Source: an uncultured delta proteobacterium
Lineage (GTDB): Bacteria > Myxococcota_A > Polyangia > Polyangiales > Polyangiaceae
Assembly: GCA_963696385.1 (NCBI GenBank)
Contig: CAVOKF010000005.1
Location: forward strand, 320,001 to 384,000
Direction: 5' to 3'
DNA: 64,000 bases
Below the pieces are notes generated by a model. It was not told where the DNA came from and searched no databases. It saw nothing but the letters and a program-made list of their open reading frames with translations. The translations under genes and the position numbers were made by a program. Every line of letters begins with the position of its first letter. The first letter of the stretch is position 1. Shown here piece after piece: positions 61,475 through 64,000 of the stretch.

Positions 61475-61618
61475 TTCGCCTCCTGCCTATCGCAAAAACT
61501 TCCAATTCGCTGAGCTCCAAGGAGCGTTTGGACGCGAACTGCGCTCGCGCACGAAACGGGCCCGCTCGTGATTGTAGCCGACGCGAATGTCCCTGAAAGA
61601 CAGGGCATCACTCTCCGG

Positions 61619-62140
61619 CCATGAAACGACCTGTCAAGTTCCCTTTGACGTTTCGGTGCATATTCTCCTTCTGGCTCCCTTGGGTAGTCCAGACCAAGCA
61701 GCGATCCGGGTGAACGTTGCGTCGACGGTCGGTCATCCTGCGGTTCGGGGATCGAGCGTTGCCGTCCGCCAACATGGTCGGTGATTGGTCGGGTGCCCCT
61801 CGCACGGGTGCGGTTCATGGTGACGGGGGCCTCGTGGGCCATGGCTTCGGTTGGTGCCGAGGGCGCATAGCCTCCGTCTGGGGCCTGCTCCTTGCGAGTG
61901 GCCAGGCTGGCGATGATTGCTGTCCCTCGAGACTGCGGCGCGACCCTATGCACGGGCGGGCTCTCGGCAGGGCCCGGTCTTGTACCCCCCCCGGGCCACT
62001 GCGACTGCGGAGTGCGTTTCGCTTTGCTCGGCTCGCAATCCTCCTCGTGACGGTGCCTGCCGTTCTCTCGATCGGGTCTTTCTCAAACGCCGGCCGGGCT
62101 CTCCTTCGCCTTTCCTTCGGGCGTCCAATCTGTCACCATG
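61619..62140 (-). mobile_element. Candidate transposase-free IS110/IS1111-derived element carrying a structured (bridge-RNA-like) ncRNA
   Basis: Three stem-loops at ~61698-61930, an outward TTGACA at 61637-61632, CCATG repeats at both ends, and an internal 14-mer matching the joined ends at 13/14. Confidence 0.5.
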
Positions 62141-62151
62141 GCCGCGGGCAG

Positions 62152-63408
62152 ATGCTCTCGGATGCGGCACGCGGCGGAGTTCAGGCTCCTTGGAGCGGTG
62201 CGCTTCTGAAGCCGGATGCCGAGCTGCAGCTCATCCTGCCAGAGCGCGACGTCGACGATCCCGAGATCTCGATCGTCGTGCCCGCTCTCAACGAAGAACT
62301 CACCATCGGTGACTTCGTCGATTGGTGTCTGCAGGGCCTGCGCAGTGCGGGCGCTCGCGGCGAAATCCTCATTATCGATAGCTCGACCGATGCCACGGCC
62401 GAGATTGCCCGTGCCCGCGGCGCGCGGGTCCTCAAAGCCCCCAAGCGCGGCCTCGGTCGCGCGTACATCGACGCGCTACCGTACATTCGCGGCCGATACG
62501 TGATCATGGGCGATTGCGATTGTACATACGACTTTCGCGAGCTCAGGCCCTTCGTAGAGAATTTCAGGAGCGGCGTCGCATTCGTAATGGGCTCTCGCTT
62601 CCGAGGGTATATCGAGCCGGGCGCGATGCCGCTCCTTCACCGGTACCTCGGAACGCCGGTGACAACTTGGATCCTCAACGTCATCTTCGCAAGCCACTTC
62701 TCCGATATCCACTGCGGGATGCGGGGCATTACGCGCGAGGCGCTGCAGGGGATGGGCTTGCAATCCCAGTCTTGGGAATATGCGTCCGAGATGGTGCTCA
62801 AGTCGGTCCATATGAAGCTTCGAACCGACGAGGTCCCTATCCGTTTTTTGAGAGATCGGGAGGGGAGAGTCAGCCACCACAAGCGCGCTGGGTGGTTTTC
62901 CCCGTGGCAGGCCGCCTGGATCAATCTGCGCGCGATGTTCGTCTACGGGGCTGCATTTTTCCTCTATCGGCCCGGGTTCTTTCTTTTTTTTCTTGGGGCG
63001 CTGCTTCTTTTGCCTCTGTCGTTCGGCCCGCTCACCCTCGGGCCGATCACGTTCTCATTGCATTGGATGTTGCTCGGTCTGACGCTGGCGACCCTCGGGC
63101 TGCAGTGCGTGTATTTGGGCATCCTCGTTCAGGTTTTCTTTGACTACTCGGGCGAGGCAACGAAGCGATGGTTCGCTCGCTTTCCCTACAATCGAACCGT
63201 GGCGCTGTCGGGGCTGGCGTTTATGGCGGGCCTGGCCATTAACCTGTGGCTCCTTGCGCACTACCTCCGGAATAACTTTCGGCTCGCCTCGGGGCTGACG
63301 CTGAACCATTTGGGCGTGACGGGTCTCTTTCTCATGATTGCCGGATTCATCACATTCGCCTTCGTTCTCTTGCTCCAATCGACAACCGTCATCGTGTCGC
63401 GACGCTGA
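62152..63408 (+). CDS. Glycosyltransferase family 2 with C-terminal TMs (polyprenyl-phosphate glycosyltransferase-like)
   Basis: VVPALNEE, DSSTD, RGLGRAY, MGDCD, DIHCGMR, ASEM; start at ATG 62152. Confidence 0.92.
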   Translation: MLSDAARGGVQAPWSGALLKPDAELQLILPERDVDDPEISIVVPALNEELTIGDFVDWCLQGLRSAGARGEILIIDSSTDATAEIARARGARVLKAPKRGLGRAYIDALPYIRGRYVIMGDCDCTYDFRELRPFVENFRSGVAFVMGSRFRGYIEPGAMPLLHRYLGTPVTTWILNVIFASHFSDIHCGMRGITREALQGMGLQSQSWEYASEMVLKSVHMKLRTDEVPIRFLRDREGRVSHHKRAGWFSPWQAAWINLRAMFVYGAAFFLYRPGFFLFFLGALLLLPLSFGPLTLGPITFSLHWMLLGLTLATLGLQCVYLGILVQVFFDYSGEATKRWFARFPYNRTVALSGLAFMAGLAINLWLLAHYLRNNFRLASGLTLNHLGVTGLFLMIAGFITFAFVLLLQSTTVIVSRR

Positions 63409-63465
63409 GATGAGGGCTCGGAGGGGCCTCTCCGAGGGGTCAGGTGTGCTACGGTTGGACGCCCG

Positions 63466-64000
63466 ATGATGCCCAGATACGACACCGCGGCGAGCGCCAA
63501 AAGCACGACAGAGGTCACCCAAGACTGGAACGAGCACTGGAACGCGTTCGCCCTGATGACCGCGCGCAACCCGGCGCAAGCGTATCGAAGGAAGCTCGTA
63601 TTCGAGCACCTCGCCCTCGAACGGTTCCAAGGACCGGTTCGCCTGCTCGACTTGGGGAGCGGCACCGGAGAATTGGCCAAGGACGTTCTTCGATGCCGCG
63701 CGGAGGCGTCTGTCCTCGGTCTGGACTGCAGCCCGAGTGGGGTCGATTCTCGCGAGGAGAACGGTACCGAACGCTCGTTTCATCCAACAAGATTTCACGC
63801 AGCCACTGTCGCTCGCAGCCGAATATGACGGGTGGGCCACGCACGCGGTATGTGCCGAAGTTCTCGAGCACATCGAGGACCCCGTGCAAGTCTTGCGCAA
63901 CGTCAGGCCGTTGCTGGCTGACGGCTGTCGCCTGGTCGTCACGGTTCCGGCGGGGCCGATGAGCGCTTTCGACAAGCACATCGGTCACGTTCGCCACTTC
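63466..64000 (+). CDS. Class I SAM-dependent methyltransferase, partial; one-base frameshift near 63747
   Basis: LLDLGSGTG; after correction LARRTVPNARFIQQD..AEVLEHIEDP..VTVPAGPMSAFDKHIGH. Confidence 0.88.

Noticed and set aside
61471..61953. 160-aa ORF, and the long N-terminal extension of the GT2 from 61717
   Set aside because: No motifs and atypical composition; the region is better explained as structured non-coding DNA.
62020..62090. IS110 transposase C-terminal remnant (TVTRRIAS on the minus strand)
   Set aside because: Too short and weak to distinguish from chance.

Overview
GC-rich bacterial chromosome segment, most consistent with Myxococcota (Polyangiaceae-like), judged from FHA-sigma54 activators, a RecA1-like paralog, a zinc-ribbon/TPR protein and Cys-rich or DAG-rich lipoproteins. 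Housekeeping and repair genes (comM/yifB, recA, uvrA, dksA, rsmA, mutS, pit, a CDF transporter, a MacAB-like ABC exporter, MoxR-DUF58-DUF4350, a queuosine-precursor transporter) surround a fimU-pilV-pilW-pilX-pilY1 minor-pilin operon. A surface-glycosylation island occupies the right end. I saw no tRNA, rRNA or CRISPR array. Four main observations: (1) sigma54-type -24/-12 motifs precede comM and recA (13/15 identical to each other), the minor-pilin operon, and a 60-aa protein (twice), suggesting a sigma54-controlled DNA-uptake/recombination regulon. (2) A transposase-free ~517-bp structured element at 61619-62140 resembles an IS110/IS1111-type right end with a bridge-RNA-like RNA; its loop matches the predicted circle junction at 13/14 nt. 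(3) A 239-bp duplication of the overlap of two convergent genes flanks an IS630/IS3 chimera plus a methyltransferase; its substitutions are mostly synonymous in the epimerase frame. (4) Five of seven single-base frameshifts in otherwise intact genes sit at or beside GATC, probably long-read errors that reveal GATC methylation. All family calls come from motif recognition, not database searches.
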